Source: Candidatus Zhuqueibacterota bacterium (lineage in GTDB: Bacteria; Zhuqueibacterota; Zhuqueibacteria; Thermofontimicrobiales; Thiofontviventaceae). Taken from it: a stretch of DNA of 64,000 bases. A program made the translations under genes and the position numbers. Numbering within the stretch: the stretch's first letter is position 1; the number at the start of each line of letters is the position of its first letter. The stretch is taken from the NCBI GenBank assembly GCA_036351795.1, contig JAZBPW010000174.1, positions 339-64,338 on the forward strand, read 5' to 3'. Below are positions 52,155 through 62,311 of the stretch, one piece after another. The notes beneath the pieces are model-generated. The model saw nothing but the letters and a program-made list of their open reading frames with translations, had not been told where the DNA came from and searched no databases.

Positions 52155-53219
52155 ATGAAGGCGCTGATCACGAGCGGAGGCAAGGGAACACGACTGAGAC
52201 CGATCACGCATACGCAAAACAAACACTTGATTCCAATCGCCAACAAGCCGATACTGCATTATGCGATTGAGACCGTCGTCGATGCGGGGATCAGTGAGAT
52301 CGGGATCATTACGAATCAGGAGACATCGGAGGTAGAAGAAGCGATTGGGAATGGTGATCGCTGGGGCGTCAGGATCGTCTATATCCCGCAGGAAGCACCG
52401 CTGGGACTTGCGCATGTTGTCAAGATCTCTCAGGATTTCATAGGCGATGAGTCTTTTATATTTTACCTGGGTGATAATATGGTGGTTGGTGGAGTCAAAC
52501 GCTTTATCGATGCTTTTGAAGCCGACAATGTCAATTGTCATCTAACTCTGGCGGATGTCAAGGATCCTGAAAGATTTGGTGTGCCGGAGATCAGAAATAA
52601 TCGCATTGTCTCTATCGAAGAGAAGCCCGCGGTGCCGAAGAGCCATTATGCTGTGGCTGGAATTTACATCTATGATAACAAGATCTTTGAGGCAGTGAAC
52701 AATATTCAACCCAGCGCCAGAGGCGAGTTGGAAATCTCTGATGCGCATCAGTATCTGCTTGAGAAAGGATACAAAGTCGGATTCTCGGAAATCACCGGAT
52801 GGTGGAAGGATACAGGTAAGCCGGTAGATTTGCTCGAGGCGAACCGCCTGGTGCTCGAGCATCTGCCTTCGAAGATCGAGGCTGATGTGGATAAACAATC
52901 GGTGATTGCCGGCAAGGTCTCGATTGGGAAGGGAGCAGTTGTGGAGAACAGCCATATCCGGGGACCAGTGATCATTGGAGAGAACACGAAGATCATCAAT
53001 TCATACATTGGACCATTCACATCGATATATGATAATTGCGTGCTCGAAAACAGCGAGGTTGAATTCAGCATCGTTCTCAAAAAGTGTCAGATTTGCGATG
53101 TCGGTATCAGGATCGAGAGCAGCATACTTGGAAATGACGTACAGATCGCCAGGGCTGCCGGAAAGCCGGTGACGCATAAATTCATGATCGGTGATCAGAG
53201 CCGTATCGAGCTGGTGTGA
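52155..53219 (+). CDS. Glucose-1-phosphate thymidylyltransferase, long form (nucleotidyltransferase + left-handed beta-helix)
   Basis: N-terminus MKALITSGGKGTRLRPITHTQNKHLIPIANKPILHYAIE. The C-terminus has hexapeptide-repeat character. At 354 aa it fits the rmlA_long type. Confidence 0.85.
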   Translation: MKALITSGGKGTRLRPITHTQNKHLIPIANKPILHYAIETVVDAGISEIGIITNQETSEVEEAIGNGDRWGVRIVYIPQEAPLGLAHVVKISQDFIGDESFIFYLGDNMVVGGVKRFIDAFEADNVNCHLTLADVKDPERFGVPEIRNNRIVSIEEKPAVPKSHYAVAGIYIYDNKIFEAVNNIQPSARGELEISDAHQYLLEKGYKVGFSEITGWWKDTGKPVDLLEANRLVLEHLPSKIEADVDKQSVIAGKVSIGKGAVVENSHIRGPVIIGENTKIINSYIGPFTSIYDNCVLENSEVEFSIVLKKCQICDVGIRIESSILGNDVQIARAAGKPVTHKFMIGDQSRIELV

Positions 53220-53224
53220 GATGC

Positions 53225-54508
53225 ATGAAGGTATTATTTCTGTGTTACTATTTTCCACCGATGGGGATGGGAGGAACACAGCGGGCAGTCAAGTTCGCTA
53301 AATATCTCCCTGAACACGGATGGGAGCCAGTCGTCATCAGCGTCAGGGATGTGCACTATTACTCTCATGACGATACACTTCTCGATGATATCGCGCACAT
53401 CCCGGTCTATCGCACAGAATCGCTGGACCCGCTGCGTCTGTTCGCCAGATTCAGAAAAGAAGTGCGAAAAAACGCTGCGACATCAGACAGAAAAAGTATC
53501 CTGGTCAAATTGAATGAGTTTATCAGCGGCTGGTTTTTCATTCCGGATAACAAACTGCTGTGGCTTCCGTTCGCCGTTTATCAGGCGTTAAAACTCATTC
53601 GGGCAGAAAGAATCAAGGTTGTTTACACGACCTCGCCGCCGCATTCGGCACATCTTGCAGGACTGATCCTGGCGCTGCTGGCACGAGTCCGGTGGATCGC
53701 GGATTTCAGGGACGCGTGGACCGGCGGAGAAAGTCAGCCATCGCCGACATTGCTGCATTCGACCGTGAATCGAATGCTGGAAAAGATCGTGCTTAAGCGT
53801 GCGCATCATGTAATCGGAATGTGTCATCATCTGACCGAGGCTCTTCAACTGAATAGCGCTTCGCCAGCGTCCAAATTTACGACGATCATGAATGGTTATG
53901 ATGCGGAAGATTTCAGAGATGTGATGCACGGTGAGCTGAATGATACATTTACCATTACGCATCTGGGCTCGATTAGCAGAGTGAGCAATCCGGAACCGTT
54001 CCTTCGTTCGTTCAGAATGCTGCTTGATGAGCATCCGGAACTTGAAGGGACAATTCAGGTTTCATTCTATGGTATCGATATTTTCAGGATTCTGAGTGAT
54101 TCGGTTAGGAAGTACCAGCTGGAGCATATCATCAATCCAATCCGGTATCTTTCTCATCGTGAATCGCTGGATAAAATGATGCGATCTCATCTGCTATTGA
54201 TGACGATCATCAAGCGGACCGGTGAGGAGATCATTTCGGGGAAAATATTCGAATACCTGGGTTCTGGGAAACCGGTTTTGATGGTGACATCTGATGATGG
54301 ATACGTTTCCAAACTGATCGGAAAACTTGGACGTGGCACCGTGCACCGGAACGATGATCTGTCAGATATAAAAAACGGGATTCTGAAGGCATACGAGGCA
54401 TATCGGCGGAATAAGGCGCTACAGCATGATCCGCTCTCCCTGCCTCAATTTGATAGAAAAAATTTGGCATTTGAATTGGCGCAAGTACTGAATAAAACTG
54501 TGATGTGA
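53225..54508 (+). CDS. GT-B fold glycosyltransferase (family 4-like)
   Basis: N-terminus MKVLFLCYYFPPMGMGGTQRAVKFAKYLPEHGWEPVVIS. The start could also be GTG 53216, which overlaps the upstream stop. The C-terminus has a GKIFEYLGSGKPVL-type motif. Confidence 0.7.
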   Translation: MKVLFLCYYFPPMGMGGTQRAVKFAKYLPEHGWEPVVISVRDVHYYSHDDTLLDDIAHIPVYRTESLDPLRLFARFRKEVRKNAATSDRKSILVKLNEFISGWFFIPDNKLLWLPFAVYQALKLIRAERIKVVYTTSPPHSAHLAGLILALLARVRWIADFRDAWTGGESQPSPTLLHSTVNRMLEKIVLKRAHHVIGMCHHLTEALQLNSASPASKFTTIMNGYDAEDFRDVMHGELNDTFTITHLGSISRVSNPEPFLRSFRMLLDEHPELEGTIQVSFYGIDIFRILSDSVRKYQLEHIINPIRYLSHRESLDKMMRSHLLLMTIIKRTGEEIISGKIFEYLGSGKPVLMVTSDDGYVSKLIGKLGRGTVHRNDDLSDIKNGILKAYEAYRRNKALQHDPLSLPQFDRKNLAFELAQVLNKTVM

Positions 54509-54518
54509 GGAGAAACAT

Positions 54519-56828
54519 TTGAAGAGACGAATGATCATTGGTTGTATGACGATTCTGGTTGCAATGAGCCAGCATGTGAGCGCGGAAGAGTATCTATGGC
54601 CGACGGACGCGAGCAAATATCTGACTTCATCATTTGCGGAATACAGGTCCGGGCATTTTCATGCCGGCATCGATATAAAGACATGGGGACAGGAGGGGTA
54701 TGCTGTTTTTGCAATTCGAGATGGATATATCTCGAGGGTGCGGGTCTCTCCGTTCGGATATGGAAAGGCACTTTATCAGCGACTCGATACCGGAGAACTC
54801 GCCGTATATGCCCACTTGCAGAAATTCAATGAATACATCGATCAAATAGTCAAAGATGAGCAGCTGAGAATTGGGTCATACCGTATCAACAAATATTTTG
54901 ACTCGAATGATATCCCTGTTCGCAAGGGCGATATCATTGGATTCACCGGATCCACCGGTATCGGATATCCGCATCTGCATTTTGAAATCAGGGATAAAAA
55001 AAACCAGCCGACGAACCCGCTGCAGTTCGGATACAGCATCAAGGACGGGATTCCTCCCGGTGTGTCTGCTGTCAGTATTACCCCATTGAATGCTGATTCG
55101 AGAGCAAATGCCGATGTGAAACCACTTATTCTGAGGCCGACACACGTCGCCAGGGGGGAATACGAGTTGAGCGAGACCATCGTCCTGGATGGTGACTTCG
55201 GATTTGCCATTGATTGTTTCGATAAAGCAAACGATGTCAATAATTCCTATGCCGTCTATCAACTCCGGTTTTTCGTCGATGGAGAACAGATTTTCAGTTC
55301 GACCTATGATTACTTTTCATACGATGTTACCGGTATGATCGAACTGGACAGGGATTATATGCTCAATCGCAGGGGGCTCGGACTTTTTCAGAAGTTATAT
55401 GTGCACCGGAACAGTCGACTCCCGTTTTACAACCCGACCACCGAAGGCACGGGTATGCTCAGGTGCTCGGTTGATAGTACGAATGTCAATGGACAGCCGC
55501 TGAGATACGGTTCTGGATTTCACAGTTTCAGAATCGAAGCCAATGATTATAATGGCAATTCAACAACCGTTCAGGGGGAGTTCCGGGTCGGTGAAACGAA
55601 AAAAGCCTATCCGAAAATCCAGAAGGATGTGAACGGCGATTATTATTTGATGGGCGTGTTCGATGATGACGGTGCCGAGATCCTGAACCCGAAAGTGTTT
55701 CTGTCCAGAGATACCGGCATCAAGTGGAGTGAACTTGCCTATGCCGGTAATAGCATCCCGTTGAAAATCGCGCCGATCGTCGATGCGACGAAGGGAGGGA
55801 ATTCCGTCCCTGTCCTGAAGGTTTTCTCTGATGATGGATATGGTGATCTCAGTCTCCCGAATTACACTGTGATTGGTTTAGACGCTTCGAATGAAGAAGA
55901 GATTGAATTCATCATCGAAAAAGACTTTTACGAGGATTTCGTTCGGCTCGAGTTGAACGTCAGTGAAGTTCTGCAGGAAGAGCCTCGTGTCTTTTTACAG
56001 CAGACCGGAGGATTCCCGTCGAAAGTTGATCTCATCCAGAGCGATATCAACGCATATTACGGTGTTTACAAATTGATCCCTGGACTGGATGGTGTGGTCG
56101 ATATCGAGGTCTATGTGACAGATGTGGCGGGAAGGGAGCTCGTTTTCTGGGATGAATTCAAGATCGTGACCATAGAGCCGGGGAAGGGCGGTGAGGTGAA
56201 TTCTGATGATGAGATGTGCCGGCTGCAATTTCCCCCAAATTCAGTTTACAACCATTTTTATGTCAGAATGAACGAATTCCCTGTGGAAGACGGTGACAGA
56301 TATGATTTTGTCGGATCATCCTATCGCATCGACCCCAAGGACATACTTCTCAAGAAGAGCGCGACTGTGCATCTCGATTTTCCGGCAAGTGATCCCCAAC
56401 CGGATAAATTGGGTGTCTATAGCCGATCTGGCAGAAACCGATGGAGTTTCATCGGCAGCCGTGTCGATGCGGATCATCATTCCATCTCTACGCTGATCTC
56501 GGGGATGAAAGATGTGGCATTGATACGTGACACAGAGACTCCGTTGATCCGGATATACTCACCCAAGAAGGGCGCGGTGCTCAGCACACAATATCCAACC
56601 TTTAAAGCATATGTCAAGGATGATCTGTCCGGCATAGCGGACGAACGGTCAATTGTCATGAAGCTGGATGGTGTAAAGGTGATTGCTGAATACGATCCGG
56701 AAAGAAAGACGATCACATATACGACGGATGATCCGATTCCTACCGGCGCGCATGAACTGAGTGTGGTGGCAGTTGATAATTGCAAGAACATGTCCACGGT
56801 GACGCATGCGTTTAGCATTGCCCCATAA
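54519..56828 (+). CDS. M23-family (LytM-type) metallopeptidase with ~600-aa C-terminal extension
   Basis: TTG start with GAGGAG RBS 6 nt upstream. Signal peptide MKRRMIIGCMTILVAMSQHVSA. M23 motifs FHAGIDI, GDIIGFTGSTGIGYPHLHFEIR. Confidence 0.85.
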   Translation: MKRRMIIGCMTILVAMSQHVSAEEYLWPTDASKYLTSSFAEYRSGHFHAGIDIKTWGQEGYAVFAIRDGYISRVRVSPFGYGKALYQRLDTGELAVYAHLQKFNEYIDQIVKDEQLRIGSYRINKYFDSNDIPVRKGDIIGFTGSTGIGYPHLHFEIRDKKNQPTNPLQFGYSIKDGIPPGVSAVSITPLNADSRANADVKPLILRPTHVARGEYELSETIVLDGDFGFAIDCFDKANDVNNSYAVYQLRFFVDGEQIFSSTYDYFSYDVTGMIELDRDYMLNRRGLGLFQKLYVHRNSRLPFYNPTTEGTGMLRCSVDSTNVNGQPLRYGSGFHSFRIEANDYNGNSTTVQGEFRVGETKKAYPKIQKDVNGDYYLMGVFDDDGAEILNPKVFLSRDTGIKWSELAYAGNSIPLKIAPIVDATKGGNSVPVLKVFSDDGYGDLSLPNYTVIGLDASNEEEIEFIIEKDFYEDFVRLELNVSEVLQEEPRVFLQQTGGFPSKVDLIQSDINAYYGVYKLIPGLDGVVDIEVYVTDVAGRELVFWDEFKIVTIEPGKGGEVNSDDEMCRLQFPPNSVYNHFYVRMNEFPVEDGDRYDFVGSSYRIDPKDILLKKSATVHLDFPASDPQPDKLGVYSRSGRNRWSFIGSRVDADHHSISTLISGMKDVALIRDTETPLIRIYSPKKGAVLSTQYPTFKAYVKDDLSGIADERSIVMKLDGVKVIAEYDPERKTITYTTDDPIPTGAHELSVVAVDNCKNMSTVTHAFSIAP

Positions 56829-56848
56829 TTCATCGCGGGCAGTGCAGA

Positions 56849-57745
56849 TCAGGACTTTTCTACAATGGTCTTTGCCAATGTCTCCTGAAAATGAATGATC
56901 GCGGAATGATCCGACTCTCCCTTGCCGGCAGCGATCAGTGACGCAAGCATCTCCTGTATCTTCTCCGCCAATGGCAGAGACATGCCTAGATCGTGTGCCG
57001 TGTTCAGTACGTTATTCAGATCTTTGTGATGCAGCTTAATCTTGAATCCCGGTTTAAAATCACGTTCGACAATTTTGGGGATTTTCGCATCCATGGCGTT
57101 ACTGCCCGCGAGGCCGTTGCGGATGGCACCATGCAGAATTTCGGGATCAAGACCGGCCTTCTGTGCCAGAACGAATGCTTCGGACAGGGCGGCTATGTTC
57201 AACGCCACGATGATCTGATTGGCAAGCTTTGCAAATCCGCCGGCTCCAATGTCGCCCACACGAACGACGCTCTTGCCCATGACTTGCAACACCTCACGGC
57301 ACTTGTCGAATACAGCTTTTTTACCTCCGACCATGATCGCCAGTGAACCCTCGATGGCGCCGGGTTCTCCCCCGCTCACCGGTGCGTCAAGCATCTCAAC
57401 GCCCCTGTCTTCTGCCTGTTTCGCGATCTTTTGGGAGACGAGCGGCGCAATGGAGCTCATATCGATGATGATACTTCCCTCACTGCATCCTGCCAAAACG
57501 CCTTGCTCCCCGAGAATCACCTCCTCGACGTCGGGTGAATCTGGAAGCATGGTGATAATGATGTCCGACGCTGCAGCTGTCTCCATTGGAGACGAGGCTG
57601 CGGATGCGCCAAGATCTACCAGCTCTCCTACCGCTCCCTGACTGCGGTTGTGAACGATCAATCGATAATCCGCATTCAATAAATTATGTGCCATGGGTTT
57701 CCCCATGATCCCGAGTCCGATAAATCCAATGACAGGCTTTTCCAT
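56849..57745 (-). CDS. NAD(P)-dependent beta-hydroxyacid dehydrogenase (2-hydroxy-3-oxopropionate/3-hydroxyisobutyrate reductase family)
   Basis: Start moved to ATG 57745 with RBS GAGGA 7 nt upstream. Rossmann motif IGFIGLGIMGKPMAHNLL. Also matching are DAPVSGG and the KD region HHKDLNNVL. Confidence 0.85.
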   Translation of the reverse strand: MEKPVIGFIGLGIMGKPMAHNLLNADYRLIVHNRSQGAVGELVDLGASAASSPMETAAASDIIITMLPDSPDVEEVILGEQGVLAGCSEGSIIIDMSSIAPLVSQKIAKQAEDRGVEMLDAPVSGGEPGAIEGSLAIMVGGKKAVFDKCREVLQVMGKSVVRVGDIGAGGFAKLANQIIVALNIAALSEAFVLAQKAGLDPEILHGAIRNGLAGSNAMDAKIPKIVERDFKPGFKIKLHHKDLNNVLNTAHDLGMSLPLAEKIQEMLASLIAAGKGESDHSAIIHFQETLAKTIVEKS

Positions 57746-57814
57746 TGCTGCATCCTCATACTGTTCTGACCGCTTCGTCAACCTTTTAAGTTTTAGATCG
57801 ACATAGACTTCTCA

Positions 57815-60800
57815 CTAATGAAGCTTGATCAATTTGATCGTTCTGCTTTCGTTTCCAAATACCATCCTGCAGAGATAGATACCGCCTGCTATCTGTTGCC
57901 CGGCTCTATCGGTGCCATCCCATCTGTATTGATGCTGACCGGCCTCTTCGAAACCGTTATATATGTCCGTAATGTGCTGACCCATGATGTTGTAGAGCGA
58001 TAACCTGACATGACCCGCTGCCGGCAGATTGTAAGGGATCATTGTCTCCGGATTAAACGGATTGGGATAGTTCTGCCCGAGCGTGAATGTCAAAGGCTTA
58101 TCGCTGCTTTCAACGGACACAACAGAGGTCGCCTGGCGTGACGGACCATCATTCAAACGGTAATGCGACAGGTTCACAATGGATTCAACCTGCGCTGCAG
58201 CGTTCACGACGAACAATACATTCACGATCTCTCCCGCGCTGTTTATTTCATCGCTGCCGTATAGTCCGAATTCGACGCGGCCGTTGTCTTCCAAATTGGC
58301 AACGAGCTGCATCTTTTGCGTAATTCCGGTCTTATGAACTCCGATACATGTCAGCACGTCCGGATCATAGATCAGTTCGGCGTCGCAGGAGATCATGCCT
58401 TCATCCTGGTCGATGAACAAGGGAAAGATGAGGCTGTCACCCGCGGCAGCGCTATGATCGGCCAATTCGATGAATCCCTGGTCCTTGTTCATGTTGTTGT
58501 TTTGCTGCCATTCACCGGCCACGTCCCCAAGCAGTACGGTGGAATAGTTCTGTCCGTAATAGTTTGCCGCCAGATTGAAATACTGCCGGTATGGCGGATG
58601 GAATAGCCACTCTCCGACATGGGAGTCACTGGTTTTGTTCAATCCCACTGCGAAGTGGGCGACGAGCGCCGCATCATAGGGCTGGATCTGACCGTTCAAA
58701 TCCACGTCTGCAGCTTCGGCGTGGAAGCCGATCAGCGTGTCCAGACGGACGACGTGCCGCATGATGAGCGCAGCCGAATATATCAGCGGCAATTGATTGC
58801 CGTTATTCTCGAATTCGGTCTTTCCGGGCGTGATCTGCAGCGTGGCGCCGCTTTCGAGTGAACCGATTTGATAATTACCGCCCTCGTCGCTGAGAACAGT
58901 TGTGTTCAAGTCGCCTGTGATGGTGAGCATAACATCGTTCACCGGAGCGCTGTTGCTGTAATAATAGACGTTTCCCGCGATGGCATATCCTGTCTGTATG
59001 GCAGTTGCCTGAAATTCGACGGTCGGGATGGACGGATAGCCCGGCAACGATACGCTTACTGTGTTGAGTCCCAGGTCCGGTCCAAGCGTGAGCGTTGAAT
59101 AGGCCCTGCCTGATGCATTGGAGTTGGTTTGCGTCTCGCTTAGCTGCCCGTTGCCCGAAGTGACCTCGAAATTCACGATAACGCCGCTCACGGGATTGCC
59201 AAAGTCATCGGTGACTTCGGCTTCGAAGGGAGCGTCGAGCTCCTGAAAGACGCCTGCCGTTTGATTATCACCGCTCTTTTTAGCGAGATACGCCGGTGTG
59301 GAGGCAATGATGGCGGCGTTGAACGTCACAACATCCTGAAGCGAAGAGGAGGACGCCTGAATTTCCACAGGACCGATCGTCGATCCAAGCGTCACTTTTG
59401 CGAATGCTTTTCCCGATGCGTTGGTGATGAACAGCGCATTCGTTTTAGCCAACGCGGCATTCGGATCGAATGCAAGATTATTGGTGATGATGATCTGATC
59501 GATCTTCGAGCCCCATTCACGATTTTTTACCGTCAGCGTATGGATACCGGCATCGAGTTCAAACTGTGCGGGATCGTCACCACCATAGATGTAGACCTGA
59601 TCCCATGTCCAATTCGTCTTCCTGGAGATATGCCAGACGATCTCGGGATCGTTGTCCATGACAATCTTGAAAGAATCGTGCGTGTCTCCGTCGGAGCGAA
59701 CGCGTCCCCAAACGACATAGGTGCCGCTTTCGGTGAGATTGAAAACATATTCCGCTTTTGCCATGCTGTCATCCGGATATTCTTCGGGTACTTCGATGTA
59801 TTGCCCTCCGGATGCGGCAGCATCCTGCAGGATTTGCATTGGATAGGTGACCGCACCGTCTTCAGCCTCGAATGTAACATGCGTGTTTGCCGGGATTTCC
59901 TCGATAAAGGCATCTCCGGATGTCACGTCAAAATTCACCGGAACATTTGCGATCGGATTGCCGTATTCATCCGTCACCTCGACGACCAGAGAGTCGAAGA
60001 GAGACGTGTTTGGCAATCCCTGCTGATTATCTCCCCAGACGTAGAACATGCTGGATGCGTCGCGTTTGAAGTGGACGAGTTGAAAATCATCGATGATGTT
60101 GTTTTCCGTTCCGGCGAGCATGACGCCTGAGTACAGTGATGATGCATTTCCTGCGACTCTGTCCGGGTCGATCAGCTTGCCGTCGAATTTATCGTTCAGA
60201 AAGCAGTTGAAGTGATGCCCCTGCGCATCCGAGTAAGCCCCCACTCTGAATTCGTCGCCGGTCATTGGCGTACTCTGTAATCCCGGCATTTCGGCGATCA
60301 TCTGGTCGATGGATCCATTGAACAGCGAAAACAACTTGAGCCGGCCGGTTTCACTCTCTTTGTAAACGAGATAGCCTGTTGTGGACGGCGAATTATCATC
60401 AAGCATCAGGGCCAATCCGGCATTTCCATCCAGAACCGGATTCACATCGGATCCATAGGTGAATGTCGCGCCGATGGCATTGGACTCCGCGATATAGACC
60501 GCGGGCTTCCACCAGAAATTACCACCGGTATCAATGGTCATCTTGTCGGTTGAAATGATATAATGCTGGTCTGTTTTCCATGTGTAATAGCCGAGTTGAG
60601 AACGATTGAAATTGTCTGTGATCAATCTGTTGGCGCCGTTCAGCTCATTCATCAAAATATTGAAGTATGCCTCCGCCATGATGCTGTAACCCCAATTGTT
60701 GGGATGCAGATTATCATACATGTAATCGCTGCCCCAATCGCCATTCTCCGTGAATATTTCGTTCTGTCCGACGTAGCGAATGGGTTGCCCCTGCTGTAAT

Positions 60801-61354
60801 TGTTCGATGACCAGTAGATGGATCTCCTCGGAGAGTGCTGTCGTTTGGTTATTGCGGTCGACCGTGTCCTGGCGCGGGATCACGCTGCACAGCAGGACGG
60901 GTGTGTTTGGATCATAATCCCAGATGTCATCGAGGATTTCCACGATATCATCCATTATTCTGGATATGGAATATTCGGAGGATATGTCATTTGTACCGAT
61001 ATGTAGCAGCACGATATCCGGGCTGGTGTCCGAGAGCCAGGGCGACAGGTGGTTTGCGATATACCCTGCGGTTTTACCGGGGGCACCCTGGTGCATGGGG
61101 TATGTGGAGACGCCATCATTGAATGTCCCGACGAGGTCAAAATTCACGTTTTCATCTGTGAGCAGGAATGCCAGATCGTCACGAAATCCACCAACAGGGC
61201 TCGATCCAGCTTCGCCCGCTGTAATCGAATTGCCGAGTGGCATGATTTTGATCTGAGCGCTCGAATTTGCATTGAGACTGAATATGAATACGATCACAAG
61301 TGCGATGTTCAGGCAGTTGCTCCATTTTCCGCTGTAAATACCGGTTCCAGACAT
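57815..61354 (-). CDS. Multidomain secreted SGNH/GDSL hydrolase with LamG-like, Big_1, CBM-like, CarboxypepD_reg-like, dockerin-like and cohesin-like modules and T9SS CTD
   Basis: ATG 61354 follows a GGAGG RBS. SGNH blocks: I MPLGNSITAGE, III HIGTNDI, V DNLHPN. Two Big_1-like modules (VVEVTDEYGNPIANVPVNFDVTSG; AEVTDDFGNPVSGVIVNFEVTSGNG). CBM-like module FEAEDG...ASGGQYIEV...GTYVVWGRVRS...DSFKIVMD. Dockerin-like loop DVDLNGQIQPYDAALVAHFAVGL. Cohesin-like module GDSLIFPLFIDQDEGMISCDAELIYDPDVLTCIGV. CTD QNYPNPFNPETMIPY...GGIYLCRMVFGNESRTIKLIKLH. Confidence 0.85.
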   Translation of the reverse strand: MSGTGIYSGKWSNCLNIALVIVFIFSLNANSSAQIKIMPLGNSITAGEAGSSPVGGFRDDLAFLLTDENVNFDLVGTFNDGVSTYPMHQGAPGKTAGYIANHLSPWLSDTSPDIVLLHIGTNDISSEYSISRIMDDIVEILDDIWDYDPNTPVLLCSVIPRQDTVDRNNQTTALSEEIHLLVIEQLQQGQPIRYVGQNEIFTENGDWGSDYMYDNLHPNNWGYSIMAEAYFNILMNELNGANRLITDNFNRSQLGYYTWKTDQHYIISTDKMTIDTGGNFWWKPAVYIAESNAIGATFTYGSDVNPVLDGNAGLALMLDDNSPSTTGYLVYKESETGRLKLFSLFNGSIDQMIAEMPGLQSTPMTGDEFRVGAYSDAQGHHFNCFLNDKFDGKLIDPDRVAGNASSLYSGVMLAGTENNIIDDFQLVHFKRDASSMFYVWGDNQQGLPNTSLFDSLVVEVTDEYGNPIANVPVNFDVTSGDAFIEEIPANTHVTFEAEDGAVTYPMQILQDAAASGGQYIEVPEEYPDDSMAKAEYVFNLTESGTYVVWGRVRSDGDTHDSFKIVMDNDPEIVWHISRKTNWTWDQVYIYGGDDPAQFELDAGIHTLTVKNREWGSKIDQIIITNNLAFDPNAALAKTNALFITNASGKAFAKVTLGSTIGPVEIQASSSSLQDVVTFNAAIIASTPAYLAKKSGDNQTAGVFQELDAPFEAEVTDDFGNPVSGVIVNFEVTSGNGQLSETQTNSNASGRAYSTLTLGPDLGLNTVSVSLPGYPSIPTVEFQATAIQTGYAIAGNVYYYSNSAPVNDVMLTITGDLNTTVLSDEGGNYQIGSLESGATLQITPGKTEFENNGNQLPLIYSAALIMRHVVRLDTLIGFHAEAADVDLNGQIQPYDAALVAHFAVGLNKTSDSHVGEWLFHPPYRQYFNLAANYYGQNYSTVLLGDVAGEWQQNNNMNKDQGFIELADHSAAAGDSLIFPLFIDQDEGMISCDAELIYDPDVLTCIGVHKTGITQKMQLVANLEDNGRVEFGLYGSDEINSAGEIVNVLFVVNAAAQVESIVNLSHYRLNDGPSRQATSVVSVESSDKPLTFTLGQNYPNPFNPETMIPYNLPAAGHVRLSLYNIMGQHITDIYNGFEEAGQHQYRWDGTDRAGQQIAGGIYLCRMVFGNESRTIKLIKLH

Positions 61355-61768
61355 TATTCCTCCGAAGACACACTTAAACTCGTTCAAAAATATAGATATA
61401 GCGAAATTTATGCCAAAAATAATAAACCTGTAATTTACTAAATATCAATGTATAATGCAAGCTTTTGATGACGATAGGGTAACATTTTGTATGTCCGAAA
61501 TGAAACAGTGTCTTGAGTATAAACAGGATAAAAAAGCATTGACATTTTGATCAATTACGTCTAATTTAGATTAAGTCTTTGACTTGTGATTTGCATATAG
61601 GTATGCTTCATTATTTAAAACCATAGAATACAATCAATTAAAGTTGATTAATTGGGAGCATCTTTTCAAACAGGTTGCGACGCAGTTATAGAATGATATG
61701 AAATAACGTCTCGATTATGGATCAGAATTGAACTTTTGCACGAAATTTGCCCGAAAGGAATGAGACCA

Positions 61769-62299
61769 ATGAATCGACATGTGCTGATCGTTCACTTATT
61801 TGCTGTTTTCATGATGAGCTGTGGATTGCCGAAGCCAGCGGAGAATGTGCGTACCTCTGACCGGCGGGAATGGGATCGAATATTGGAGATCACACAGAAA
61901 AAATATCCGGGTATGGATACGGCGAAACTGATCAGCCAGGTTAAATTCTTTCTGGGTACACCGTACAAATATGGAGGATCAAACCGCTATGGTATGGATT
62001 GTTCCGGATTTGTGATGAGCGTGTTTAAATCGGCGTTTGACGCCGAACTGCCGCATAACGCGGAGCAGATATACAATAAGACAAAATCCATACCCTTAAA
62101 GAATATTCAGTGTGGAGATCTGGTGTTTTTTGAGAATGTGAAGGGAAATGGGATCTCTCACGTGGGAATTTACCTCACGAACACGCACTTTGTGCATGCA
62201 AGCTCGAAAAAAGGGGTCATCATATCTTCATTTAGAAAAGATTATTACAAAAAGCGGTACAAGGCTGTTCATCGCGTGCTTCAGTTGCAGTTCAGATGA
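61769..62299 (+). CDS. NlpC/P60 (C40) cell-wall peptidase lipoprotein
   Basis: ATG 61769 has an AAAGGA RBS 9 nt upstream. Lipoprotein-like signal MNRHVLIVHLFAVFMMSC-G. Catalytic motifs YKYGGSNRYGMDCSGFV (Cys) and ISHVGIYL...FVHASS (His). Confidence 0.85.
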   Translation: MNRHVLIVHLFAVFMMSCGLPKPAENVRTSDRREWDRILEITQKKYPGMDTAKLISQVKFFLGTPYKYGGSNRYGMDCSGFVMSVFKSAFDAELPHNAEQIYNKTKSIPLKNIQCGDLVFFENVKGNGISHVGIYLTNTHFVHASSKKGVIISSFRKDYYKKRYKAVHRVLQLQFR

Positions 62300-62311
62300 A
62301 ATGGAGGGTTT

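Noticed and set aside
51819-52541. 240-aa minus-strand ORF spanning the ThiF/RmlA junction
   Set aside because: It overlaps two well-supported + strand genes in antisense and has no motifs.
59261-60130. 289-aa plus-strand ORF (and neighbours 58087-59098, 60563-61441)
   Set aside because: These ORFs are antisense to the 1179-aa SGNH/T9SS gene on the minus strand. Their composition is Arg/Cys/His-rich and nonsensical.
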